Positions 11,301 through 18,060 of a DNA stretch of 64,000 nt are shown here, one piece after another. A program made the translations under genes and the position numbers. Source of the stretch: Candidatus Poribacteria bacterium (lineage in GTDB: Bacteria; Poribacteria; WGA-4E; WGA-3G). The notes beneath the pieces are model-generated. The model had not been told where the DNA came from. It did not search any database and saw only the letters and a list, made by a program, of their open reading frames with translations. The stretch spans positions 3,328,001-3,392,000 of the forward strand of contig CAXXLX010000001.1 of NCBI GenBank assembly GCA_963665235.2, in the 5' to 3' direction. Each line of letters opens with the position of its first letter. The first letter of the stretch is position 1.

Positions 11301-12520
11301 CAAGTAGTCGGGCAAATGTTTACCGTGTCCTCGCTCAATTCTATAGTGAAAACGATACACCTGAGAACGTGGAAAGCTACCTCTTAGCAAAAACAGGTTT
11401 TGTCCCTGAAACCCGTTGGCTAACGCTCGGACCGTTCAAAAACATAGACTCGCACGGCGTTTTGTATGCTTACATCCCTGAAGAGACTACACGCATCGAT
11501 ACAACAGCGAAATATTATGGGGAAGATGGCCTCATCAGTTGGAAAAAATCGAAAGATGAGTTATTAGATGGTCATTACGTTTTTTCCTATGATGACGATT
11601 GGAGCGCGGCCTATGTATGGGCAATTCTTATCTCACCCGATGAACGCGACATTGTCATGCGATTTGATAGCGACGACCAGGGAACAGTCTGGTTAAACGG
11701 AAAACAGGTTTTTAGGCATGATAGAACAAGTGGAACAAGAATTGACCGATACACCATTCCTGTCTCCTTGAAGCAGGGAGAAAATACTATCCTTATCAAG
11801 GTTTGCAATGCAAGAATGACCTGGGATTTTTATATGCGCCTTACGGATGCCGATGGCATCCCGTTTAGCGACCTGAAATTCAAAACTGCGGATGAATTGC
11901 TAAACGCACCGCCGCCTGAACCAACATTCCACGTAAATGCTGTCCTCGGCCTGGCTGAATACTACAGTAAAAACAACATGCCCGACAAGGCAATGGAACA
12001 GATGCTACAAACTGGCATCATTCATGAAGATGCGTGGTTGATCCTCGGCCCCTTTGACAATTCCGGCGGAGTTGGGCACAATACCGCTTATATTCCGGAA
12101 GACACAGCACAAATTGACGTAACCGCCGAATATGAGGGGGTAGCAGGCCAGATTCGTTGGAACAAATCAACCGATAACGTTTTCGACGGTTTTATCGATC
12201 TGGGCAAGGATGTCAATTGGTCTGTCTCTTATGCATGGGCAACCGTAACCTCGCCCGACGAACGGGAAGTGCAATTCAGATTTGGTAGCGATGATCAGGG
12301 AAAAATATGGTTAAATGGCAAAGAGGTATTCGCCAACCCAGAGGGTGGATGGGCAGTCCTTGATAGAGACGTTATCCCAGTGACACTTAAGGCAGGCAAA
12401 AACAGTGTCCTTGTCAAAGTCTGCAACGGAGAATTGAGCTGGGGATTCTTCTTCCGAATTACGGACACGGATGGCAACCCCTTTGAAGATTTGAAAATCA
12501 ACGACCCGCAAGACAATTAA
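2324..12520 (+). CDS. Giant secreted tetratricopeptide-repeat protein with a LamG domain and two C-terminal PA14/jelly-roll-like modules
   Basis: AGGAG RBS and signal peptide (..AHA|QD). Many TPR motifs (AxxxYxxAxxLxP). LamG signature TVSAWIKP..WYHVAG..LFIDG..FAGQIDEVRVWN at about 9880-10560. Two W...GPF..SDDQGxxWLNG..LKxGxNxxLxKVCN modules. Confidence 0.92.
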   Translation: MFSREKSPIIVCLLFLIVCPFCFLSIAHAQDETSDAKVIERYKLMLNRKPKEGSTFDRVYQFYLEGAGLDAMLSDYQTEALANPNNFNVQLILGHLYKRLGKDAEAVAAYQHAVQLAPDSYYPHFALGQMQAALRQHEEAIGELTKAATLSEQAQNVSLEELTAIYKALGHAYFRRDNVEDAIQAWQKISELNPQDIFARIELADLFREQELYEQAISQHETIIQQKQDDPYRVCLSHREIGNIHQAKGDYRAAVQSYDAALALTAPGNWLRKDLQHRIIGIYAADSNWEGLIKYYQGKLEATPNEPELLGLLAAASIENQQLEEGISTYRKGLELAPTDTNLRLNLIASLRNAEKFEDAAAEYEKLSEQAPDDFGIYRELGELYLQLGNRDKAKAVYQKMIERAPNSAGTHLILAEIYAGHEWLDDAIAQYEKASSLEPNNLDYIEYFGEFYFRQGNREKALDTWNRMVAGDKNTAENHAQLAQLLNAKNFKTEAVAAIRKAVALMPDEYRYRETLANQLMEHKEYDEALTEYTAAMKLAPNPFFAEKMDDQRIELYRRQGTLLEKIELLEAELEKPGLSDTEQFTNYKQLTKMSLKLTNITYALEVLLKAKALQPDDVVVNRWLADIYTRQGRRNEANAIYTHLIAIDTANAREYHANIAKSYLNVMDFEAATTAAKQVIAHSPRNPEGHQLLAQIAKQSKNYDTAIDSLKQAIRLRPEAIDTRAELADIYKLSGNLHQALSQYWRCWDLSGSVSDKLTFVKPLSEIYYDLGRRGEFEEKLKQLAKSNTTGVGPVLALAELYRMEGDLPSARFQLAQALNKQRENPELLSHLVQISIALGNVQDALTYQQRLVKANPDATNQQRLGELLFDAGREQEAIQAWTKLLHAKNRTLEAEIKLAALLLRHGLSEEAFFVLDRAAEKIAGTDAHIPLYRLGAMLVGMNEPERARTYFQRILEMPEPTIDAKNQKTTKPTIYTASTIPGVDINKFEIARGNISRIQSKPTFTGGGTAWIPKTFEETQAAALVHLTTIAQRQGKLPQLVQHFEANAEANPTDIKALETLVQLYTLVQYNDKAEKTIDRLIEISPNDAAYQPLRVHRAVRENLNYETFKKSLDEIPGLVPEARLRYTAEYAQLLSRSDKKDDAIKLMQEIEDVNVTDISTGFMLVEAFLMMDKTDSAEKILLNLPIPPQKQQQQYQRLFERLTDAYIDQGELDKTAALFWVFCERTKPNTINSRRVAALPQSSYYYGGYRPIQTSYPTTTVYFNRSRLNYLQSIFREFWMREQQETLYTKFRTELDAAKGRDRIYPSLALSYCYWWAEKRDKAQKVLSTLQQEFPDDLTLKLNTAFVSIQNGKHGEALKMITDLAEIEPRNRQQYRNLLLQLAIRTGDSVSLRALITKLLNSAVGAQELYQLSQTLQNAGFTQYAISAGKKAMTLAMAQRNPNFLIDLAEHLGRLGRGQDAARLAERALRFASQTDRYGRTMYSWNMRQAVSLTSHSKNMQEREKRFIAEAQKNPEAFQAQLKLAMFYENTNQIEKASQGFKKALELQPKDSITRLRYVRMLERAGKAMEALPEYTTLLKNDSTALGYDYEKAIDAFVAAGEIDALISLTKELILPVGQYAGNDFTQKVARRCLTENRPDAAIEIFEKILQVHPSWDYIHRELAAAYLTAGNSEKAIQYLTEKYELGKTSLSETEFQLKIAEFHEAAGGRESAIQFLREQTETGGESTVVFKLAEYYEVSGELENFIAEYEAKLAENPSATKLLYILTTLKIKADDIEGATAHVTTLIDNALMSINTQWLYNLADASDKANAHPLQFRLLEAAAEKLERQNSWKLADCYEKLGEAYAKRGEQEKAQNALRKMGTLQTMEDSSQSVYEKRGLASTYMRHEMWDDAEKLLTEIINDLSASSYERERAQEQFMQIKQNRDKHATAKELAKKTEDLDIGMQRAMAKEFMQQNQLEEAVEIFERITETMPEDLESRAQLATLYSRLNQHEKASQVWTALLEADPENTRYQDGLVNSLQNAGKLNEAFELAQKYIQTEPEVGVHYVRLAKLYAADDKVDEAIATYEKALEFSPGDRQIYLKLGDLYLLNDDMAAAENAFRNAIQFTASEWERQRTERKLIGLYRSQGKLAAMLQKAEAEGTLTYEMQKEYAKHYQNVGNLEKAADAYKKVLDMTTQNYQRQDVISTLIDIYAKLNKNDAALQLYEAEVLANPGSATRSTSYGQSGITINFTNDEIRKALVKTYKEQGKLDSLKTIFEDRQEKEPGNVPVIEMLAEIYRNADNHQKAAEAYQKLSKVLSGPKKVHTAYDAAIALHKSGQPELAKAQLKKAEAALQVSSRKQDDSFLAALATLCLKNQMYDSAIELADAAVTEMQRSGDTWVQEYFYELLGKSYLGAKRYEEAFAAYRQMANSADDSYTRDRAETEMDKIAKAHNLYEKWIPEQLKQVQENPDDVNARLELAESYEYTKKIKETVEQYEKLAELQPDNVQWYKKLADLYQKPESLETGEVIEGTALTLDGNRSFVEIGDSESLNNITEQLTVSAWIKPVSFPQRYVPIIYKGDKRTPDITNRSFTLWLRDDKRIQFSTSPGGQAEKYIFSPSGTIQLNRWYHVAGIIDPKRDVIKLFIDGIEVARTNVNGKESIHKSEHPLRIGGSHEEEVTTHASFAGQIDEVRVWNIARTEDQIRADMNRQLNGDEPGLVGYWKFDAETEDVITDHSPNENSGKRIGETELEPYTRPVFEVLKNEKLPHIDNAYEKAIELEPTSYQLYDGWAKFYVKTNDTASAEAVYRQALEVSLTQSEHDSAIQGIVGLYPGEEQKDKRIAILEELKPKMKKSAVLHELLGALYEKIGDSEKANIAYDRWVKMRERELNRGDSASSYRSFANTLMEKDRYPEMALKFAKRASQRYTGSSQYQYLATLGQAYIANELYDTALKHFKQALNTISSEYASDQFWRQVANANKNVKDKERYLQMLETLINTTPLENASSRANVYRVLAQFYSENDTPENVESYLLAKTGFVPETRWLTLGPFKNIDSHGVLYAYIPEETTRIDTTAKYYGEDGLISWKKSKDELLDGHYVFSYDDDWSAAYVWAILISPDERDIVMRFDSDDQGTVWLNGKQVFRHDRTSGTRIDRYTIPVSLKQGENTILIKVCNARMTWDFYMRLTDADGIPFSDLKFKTADELLNAPPPEPTFHVNAVLGLAEYYSKNNMPDKAMEQMLQTGIIHEDAWLILGPFDNSGGVGHNTAYIPEDTAQIDVTAEYEGVAGQIRWNKSTDNVFDGFIDLGKDVNWSVSYAWATVTSPDEREVQFRFGSDDQGKIWLNGKEVFANPEGGWAVLDRDVIPVTLKAGKNSVLVKVCNGELSWGFFFRITDTDGNPFEDLKINDPQDN

Positions 12521-12547
12521 AGAGGCGGACCTATCAATTTTTAAAAG

Positions 12548-12576
12548 TTGCATTAAAAACAGTTGTTTGATACACT
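12548..12576 (+). promoter_or_regulatory. sigma70-type promoter ahead of a long structured leader
   Basis: TTGCAT-17 nt-TACACT with an extended TG. Confidence 0.5.
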
Positions 12577-12664
12577 ATACCGAACAGGCAGTCCATTTCA
12601 ATTTGTGCCCATTCCAGAAAACTATTTTCTTGACTGATGGCGCGAAATTTTTGAATCGACTTTA

Positions 12665-12936
12665 AATTGCATGGGGGGACCCGACAGTGAGAAACACATC
12701 GCTTTTCAGAAATGAACAGATCCGATATTTGTCGTTCGTTCCAGGATGTTTTGGGCCTGTCCCTACCGGATGTGTTTTAACTAATAGTTTACCCCCCCCC
12801 ATTTATAATTTTACATTTGTTAGATTTATACCACGAGGTAGTGTCGCAGGATTTACAAACTCAAACTGCGATACCTTTACACCCGCACGTGCACACTTCG
12901 CTTTTTTATCGAGTGTTCAGTGCGGTTTTTTGTTTG
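12665..12936 (+). ncRNA. Candidate structured RNA or attenuator leader (family not recognised)
   Basis: Long stem ATGGGGGG/CCCCCCAT plus AAACACATC/GATGTGTTT, internal hairpins, a GTGTCGCAG/CTGCGATAC hairpin, and CCGCAC/GTGCGG followed by a T-tract. Confidence 0.4.
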
Positions 12937-13088
12937 CATTGCGGACATTTGCAATGCTTCGCTCTCTCATTGAGAGAAAAATCCGAGCAGGCGCGGCACG
13001 AAATCCGCCTCCTGCAACGTTCATCCCATGCATTTGTAATGGGAACTGATAAAATACCATTACTAAAAGTAATAGGAGGTACATACCA

Positions 13089-13877
13089 ATGGTACGTTCG
13101 ATAATGTTTTCGCTCTTAGTAATACTCATGTTAATCACGGTTAGCACCATCACGGCAGGACTTCAAGATGGCATCGTGGTCTACTTCACGTTTGACGACG
13201 TTAGTGGTAAGACAATTCGGGATAGTTCTGGTAACGGTCTCGATGCGAACATCGTCGCGAATACTGAGATTGTCAAAGGCAAAAATGGCAATGCCATCAA
13301 GATTACTGCTGCAGGTGCCGATTGTGTGAACGTCCCCGCCGATGAAAAATTGAAAATCAGCGGAGAAATCACAATGGCAGCCTGGGTCTATCACGGCGCA
13401 TGGAATAAAGATGTCCAGTGGTTTGACAAAAACTGCCACAACGGCGGTGAGCATACATCCTACGGCATCGGTGTTTTCGGCGACGGTAATAATTTCAATA
13501 TGTTCTTAGGTTCAGACCAAAATCGGCAAACCTTGAACAAACCGCACGCGCTGAAAACAGACACGTGGCATTATGTCGTTGGCACCTACGATGGTGACGC
13601 GATGAAAATCTACGTCGATGGTAAGCTCGCTGTAGAAGAGGCTAAGAAGTTTAACTTTACTGGCACCAACGACCAAGATTTACGCATCGGTTGTTCAAAA
13701 GATCGAGCAAACTATACGTTTGAGAACGGTATGGTTGACGACGCTGCTATTTGGAGCCGCGCCCTCAGCGAAGCCGAAATCAATGAGGCGATGAACGGCG
13801 GTCTCCTCGACGTTTCACCCCAAAATAAGGCCGCCACAACGTGGGGCAGTATTAAGCAAAGAGCTGACGTGCATTAA
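13089..13877 (+). CDS. Secreted LamG (concanavalin A-like jelly-roll) domain protein
   Basis: GGAGG RBS, signal peptide, YFTFDD..DSSGNG, ITMAAWV, WHYVVGTYDG..IYVDG, and a C-terminal VSPQNKAATTWGSIK tail. Confidence 0.92.
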   Translation: MVRSIMFSLLVILMLITVSTITAGLQDGIVVYFTFDDVSGKTIRDSSGNGLDANIVANTEIVKGKNGNAIKITAAGADCVNVPADEKLKISGEITMAAWVYHGAWNKDVQWFDKNCHNGGEHTSYGIGVFGDGNNFNMFLGSDQNRQTLNKPHALKTDTWHYVVGTYDGDAMKIYVDGKLAVEEAKKFNFTGTNDQDLRIGCSKDRANYTFENGMVDDAAIWSRALSEAEINEAMNGGLLDVSPQNKAATTWGSIKQRADVH

Positions 13878-13897
13878 CCCTTTACTTTCACCTAATT

Positions 13898-13937
13898 AAA
13901 CGGCACAGGGTTCTAAAATCCGTGTGCCGTTTTTTTT
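13898..13937 (+). terminator. Intrinsic terminator
   Basis: AAACGGCACA/TGTGCCGTTT stem followed by a T-run, just after the LamG stop. Confidence 0.8.
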
Positions 13938-13994
13938 CGTAATTCTCCCCCCGTTTTGATATGCTGCGATAGTTTCCCCTATTCCATAGAGCCT

Positions 13995-14403
13995 CTTACT
14001 ATAGACTTTCTTGACATACTCTCCCAGCTAAAGCAAGGGAGATTCTTTTAAAAAGTTCCGCTACGCGTTAGCTATTGGATTGTGGTTTTCAGACGTGTGA
14101 ACGTCCGAGGTCCCACCGAGGACATCCTCAACGGAGATGCTTGGGCTGTTCCAAGTCTTACTGCCCCTAACTCAAAGGACAAGGTTTCCCTGCCCTCGTG
14201 CTTCGCACCTTCTTTATGCTTGTGAATCAGTGCTTTGGTATCCAATGCAGCATGACCCGTCTTTTGGATACCGAAAGCAAAGCACAAAAATGTGGATATT
14301 GACTGGGTATCGCCAGAACATCAGCACACAACCCTACCATAGGTTGAGGTTCGGAACTTCAACATTGGTGGCGTTGAAGGTGGTAATCCGAACCACTGAT
14401 GAT
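13995..14403 (-). ncRNA. Putative ~390-nt structured RNA plus flank-derived guide (stand-alone omegaRNA-like)
   Basis: Lies downstream of the promoter at 14410-14438, has many stems, and reads through the right end into the flank GAAAGTCTATAGTAAG. Confidence 0.55.
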
Positions 14404-14510
14404 ATATATATTATACCACATTTTAATGCAAAAGTCAAATTAAAAACATAAGCTTATGTTCCTACTACATCCCCCAGCTAAAGCACGGGGGTTTTGTAGC
14501 GGGAGACTTG
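14011..14510 (-). mobile_element. Non-autonomous IS200/IS605-family element (PATE-like), with no tnpA or tnpB
   Basis: Minus strand: left end TTTAT|CAAG..AAAA-CCCCCGTGCTTTAGCTGGGGG and right end GAAT-CTCCCTTGCTTTAGCTGGGAG-AGTATGTCAA|. The guide/cleavage tetranucleotides AAAA/TTAT and GAAT/TCAA fit the IS608 pairing rule. Confidence 0.85.
14410..14438 (-). promoter_or_regulatory. Near-consensus sigma70 promoter inside the IS605-like element
   Basis: Minus strand TTGACT-17 nt-TATAAT with TG-n extension. Confidence 0.8.
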
Positions 14511-14545
14511 ATAAACCAACAGTTTCCATAAGTCAGCAACTATTA

Positions 14546-14574
14546 TTGCATCATCCGATAAAACGTTGTATAAT
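14546..14574 (+). promoter_or_regulatory. sigma70-type promoter of rtcB
   Basis: TTGCAT-17 nt-TATAAT. Confidence 0.65.
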
Positions 14575-14632
14575 AAACATATCAGGAAAAACATAACCTT
14601 TCAAAAAATTGACAAATATAGAGGAGCATATC

Positions 14633-16084
14633 ATGGCAAACATAACACTTCAAAAAATTGACGAATATCGTTGGCGCATTCCAAAAAGTTATATGAAAGG
14701 CATGCGTGTAGATGGGATTGTCTATGCCAACGACAAGCTTCTGCAACAAGCAAAAAGCGATGAAGCGTTGCAACAGGTCGCAAACGTCGCGCATCTGCCC
14801 GGTATTGTCAAGCATTCGCTTGCAATGCCAGATTTGCACTGGGGTTACGGTTTCGTTATCGGTGGTGTTGCCGCAACCGACCCGAAGGCGGACGGCGTTG
14901 TTTCGCCCGGCGGCATCGGATACGACATCAACTGTGGCGTTCGCCTCATCCGGACCAATCTTGACATCTCACAACTAGAGGGTAAAAGGAAAGCACTCGT
15001 TGACAAGTTGTTCGACAATGTCCCGTGTGGCGTTGGCTCCAGTGGAAAAATTCGGCTCACTGTCCAAGAGGAGCGACAGATGTTAGAAAAGGGGGCATTG
15101 TGGGCAATTGAACGTGAATACGGTCACCCAGACGACCTCAACTTCACGGAGGCTACTGGCACCCTACACCATGCAAACGCCGATGCGGCAAGTCAACGCG
15201 CCTTAGAGCGTGGCAAAAATCAGCTCGGTACCCTCGGGTCGGGCAACCATTTCCTTGAGGTACAGGCAGTGGACCGCATTTTTCACCGTGAAGCCGCCGA
15301 TGCGATGGGGTTAAGTGAAGGCAATATCTGTGTCATGATTCACACCGGCTCACGTGGTTTCGGCTACCAAATTTGTGATGAACACGTCAAGAGCTGGGTC
15401 AAAGTTGCCGAAAGATACGGCATCAACCTCCCTGACCGGCAGCTTGCATCCGCACCGATTAATTCACCGGAGGGGCAGGATTACATCACCGCAATGGCAT
15501 GCAGTGCAAACTATGCATGGAACAATCGGCAATGTATCATGCACCTCGTTCGCCAGACCTTCATGCAGTTTTTTGACACAACAGAAGATGAACTCGGTTT
15601 AGAGCTGGTCTACGACGTAGCGCATAACATCGGGAAGTTTGAAAAACACACCGTTGATGGCGAAGAACGTGAATTGTTTATCCATCGCAAAGGGGCAACC
15701 CGTGCCTTCCCGGCGGGACATCCAGAAATTCCTGAAAAATATCAGAAAGTCGGGCAGCCTGTACTGATTCCCGGCGATATGGGAACGGCCTCTTACGTGC
15801 TAGTCGGTAATCCCGGTGCAATGGCAGAGACATGGGGGACAACCTGCCACGGTGCCGGTAGAGTCTTATCGCGTCGGAAGGCAGTTGCCTTAACAAAAGA
15901 TAGGTCTATCCAAGCGGACCTTGAAGCGAAAGGCATCTTCGTTCGTGCGGAAGGCAAGCGCACCCTCCAAGAAGAGGTCCCCGAGGCTTACAAGGATGTA
16001 GATGAAGTTGTCCGTGTCGTTGATGAGGCAGGGCTCTCACGCCGTGTGGCCCGGCTGCGTCCGATAGGTGTTGTGAAGGGTTGA
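14633..16084 (+). CDS. rtcB: RNA-splicing/repair ligase RtcB
   Basis: MPDLHWGYGF, GYDINCGVR, GTLGSGNHFLE, IHTGSRG, YDVAHN, HRKGATRAF, PGDMG, CHGAGR, EAYKD; GAGGAG RBS. Confidence 0.97.
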   Translation: MANITLQKIDEYRWRIPKSYMKGMRVDGIVYANDKLLQQAKSDEALQQVANVAHLPGIVKHSLAMPDLHWGYGFVIGGVAATDPKADGVVSPGGIGYDINCGVRLIRTNLDISQLEGKRKALVDKLFDNVPCGVGSSGKIRLTVQEERQMLEKGALWAIEREYGHPDDLNFTEATGTLHHANADAASQRALERGKNQLGTLGSGNHFLEVQAVDRIFHREAADAMGLSEGNICVMIHTGSRGFGYQICDEHVKSWVKVAERYGINLPDRQLASAPINSPEGQDYITAMACSANYAWNNRQCIMHLVRQTFMQFFDTTEDELGLELVYDVAHNIGKFEKHTVDGEERELFIHRKGATRAFPAGHPEIPEKYQKVGQPVLIPGDMGTASYVLVGNPGAMAETWGTTCHGAGRVLSRRKAVALTKDRSIQADLEAKGIFVRAEGKRTLQEEVPEAYKDVDEVVRVVDEAGLSRRVARLRPIGVVKG

Positions 16085-16107
16085 AGCTTCACGACATGGA
16101 GGGAAAA

Positions 16108-17758
16108 ATGAGAAGTTTTAGCACTCAGGGTTGTGTGTATCCTGAAGAGAATTATGTTGTCCCGCGCACGGTGGAGGTTGCCGATTTCATCCGCCGTGTC
16201 AAAGCGGGCAAGTATATTGTGCTCTTTGCACCACGCCAGACCGGTAAGACCACCTTTTTCCGATTAGCACTCTCCGCACTCACAGCAGAAGAGCCATCCT
16301 ATTTCCCGATAGAGTTGGATTTTCAAGACTTGTGCGTATGTTCTCACCTGACACGTTTTACGCGGAGCTTTTCTACAGGATTCGGACCGGCAAATTGCGG
16401 AGGTCTTTCAAAAACACGGTGGCACGCCTTCCGAAGCTCTAACGCAGTTTTTGGACAACACAACGCTAACCGACCATCTTTCTATGATGAGGTTCTTTGA
16501 AGACCTCATGGGTTTTTTGGACAGCGATGCCCATGTGGGGGTATCTGCTTTCAAACGGGTTGTGCTGCTGATTGACGAGTTTGATGGCATTCCTCGGACC
16601 GTCATAAGTCCTTTTCTATACGCGCTCCGCTCTATTTACCTCTCTGATAGGCATCGATGTCCCTACAGCGTTGGGTTTGCGGGAATCAAGGACATTATGG
16701 AACTTGGTTTCGACCCATCTGTTTCACCGTTCAATATTCAGGATGAGTTCAAGTTGCCGAACTTCACCGTTGAACAGGTGGATGCGCTGTTTTCGCAGTA
16801 TACCCATGAAGTTGGACAAACGTTTGACCCGGAGGTCATTGAAATCCTCCATAAGCAGACTGCTGGGCACCCCTTCTTAGTGAATAGAATAGCACAAATA
16901 CTTACTGAAGAATTGGAGATCCCGAAAACGGAGACAATCACCCTATCCCATTTTGGGAAAGCACACGCGTTGCTTATTCAGGAGGACAACACGAACTTCA
17001 CACAACTGATAACCAATATCCGCAGAGACCCCCGTTTTGAGCGCCTCTTGATGAGAGTTGTCTCTTACGATATGGGCGTACGTTTTACGCATTATGATGA
17101 GATTATCAGTGAACTTGCTAAGTATGGCATCATTGGTGGAAGTGCCGATGGCATGTGTGAGATTATCAATCCGATTTATCAGCAATATATCATGCAGGCG
17201 TTCCAACCCTCTTTCAACGGTTTAGAGGACGAGTACTTCGGAAAAAATAGCGATGTGGGTTTTATCGATTACCTCACGCCAAGTGGGACACTTGATATGT
17301 GTCCACTCCTTGATAACTTCAAGGATTTTATTGCGCGCGCAGGAGTTCGCATCCTACAGGTGCCGGAGACCCTCCAGAAGTTTGTTGGGCAATACCTTCT
17401 TTCCGCCTATCTAGGGCAATTTGTCCGGAGTGTAGGGGCTGTGATGTTCTTCGAAGTGCAAACGGGACGGGGAAGGATGGACCTGCTTATTAGCCATAAC
17501 CAGCGTAAGTATATTGTTGAGACCAAGATTTGGGAGGGGCTACCCCGGTATCAAGCAGGTAAAAAGCGGCTCGCTGCCTATCTTCAGTTGGAAAACGCAA
17601 CGGAGGGGTACTATATTGTTTTCGATCATCGTGAATCCACCGAGCCGCGTATAGAGACAGAGACGATTGATGGCGTATCTATTCGGAGTTATGTCATACC
17701 CGTAATACAACAACGACCCTCGAACGGACACCTACAAACAGAATTGGCTATTGGCTAA
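16108..17758 (+). pseudogene. AAA-like ATPase with a C-terminal PD-(D/E)XK-like domain, frameshifted
   Basis: Walker A APRQTGKT is in ORF 16081..16500. Walker B LLIDEFD and GRGRMDLL..IVETK are in ORF 16451..17758. Removing two 2-nt insertions near 16333 and 16386 joins the frames. Confidence 0.8.
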
Positions 17759-17797
17759 TGACTTCATTGGCTAATAGCTGTTGGTTTATGGCTGTTG

Positions 17798-17908
17798 GCA
17801 AGAGTTTCAGATTCTAAGCAAGTTCCTGTTGTGCGTCAAAACCCTCTTCCTCTTTGTTTTCTTTCTCTTGCTAATTGCTAAATGCCAATTGCCAATTGCT
17901 AAATGCTA
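17798..17908 (+). repeat. Dispersed GATTCTAA-core element, copy B, with heptamer repeats
   Basis: GCAAGAG..GATTCTAA..GCGTCA..CTTTCTCTTGC, then (T/C)AATTGC-type repeats. Confidence 0.7.
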
Positions 17909-18060
17909 CTATTGACATTTCTAACGTCCATAATGTAAAATTGTTTTTAATGTAACCCAAATTACGATAAAAAACGTTAACATCTATAGTTACGAAGTTT
18001 CGAATCCAAAAACAGGCGACTAAAAAATCTGTTTTCACGTCACACAGAGAGTAAAAAGAA

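Noticed and set aside
12665-12811. 6S RNA
   Set aside because: Shorter than typical, multibranched at the apex, and lacking a large central bubble; not supportable without a covariance model search.
14072-14451. ORFs 14072..14287 and 14137..14451 as tnpA/tnpB
   Set aside because: No HUH/Tyr, RuvC or zinc-finger motifs; better explained as structured RNA.
14011-14510. IStron (group I intron/IS605 hybrid)
   Set aside because: The element is intergenic, ends in TCAA rather than a terminal G, and shows no recognisable group I core.
17990-18020. TTCGAATCC T-loop-like motif upstream of thrS
   Set aside because: No cloverleaf or T-box structure could be built around it.
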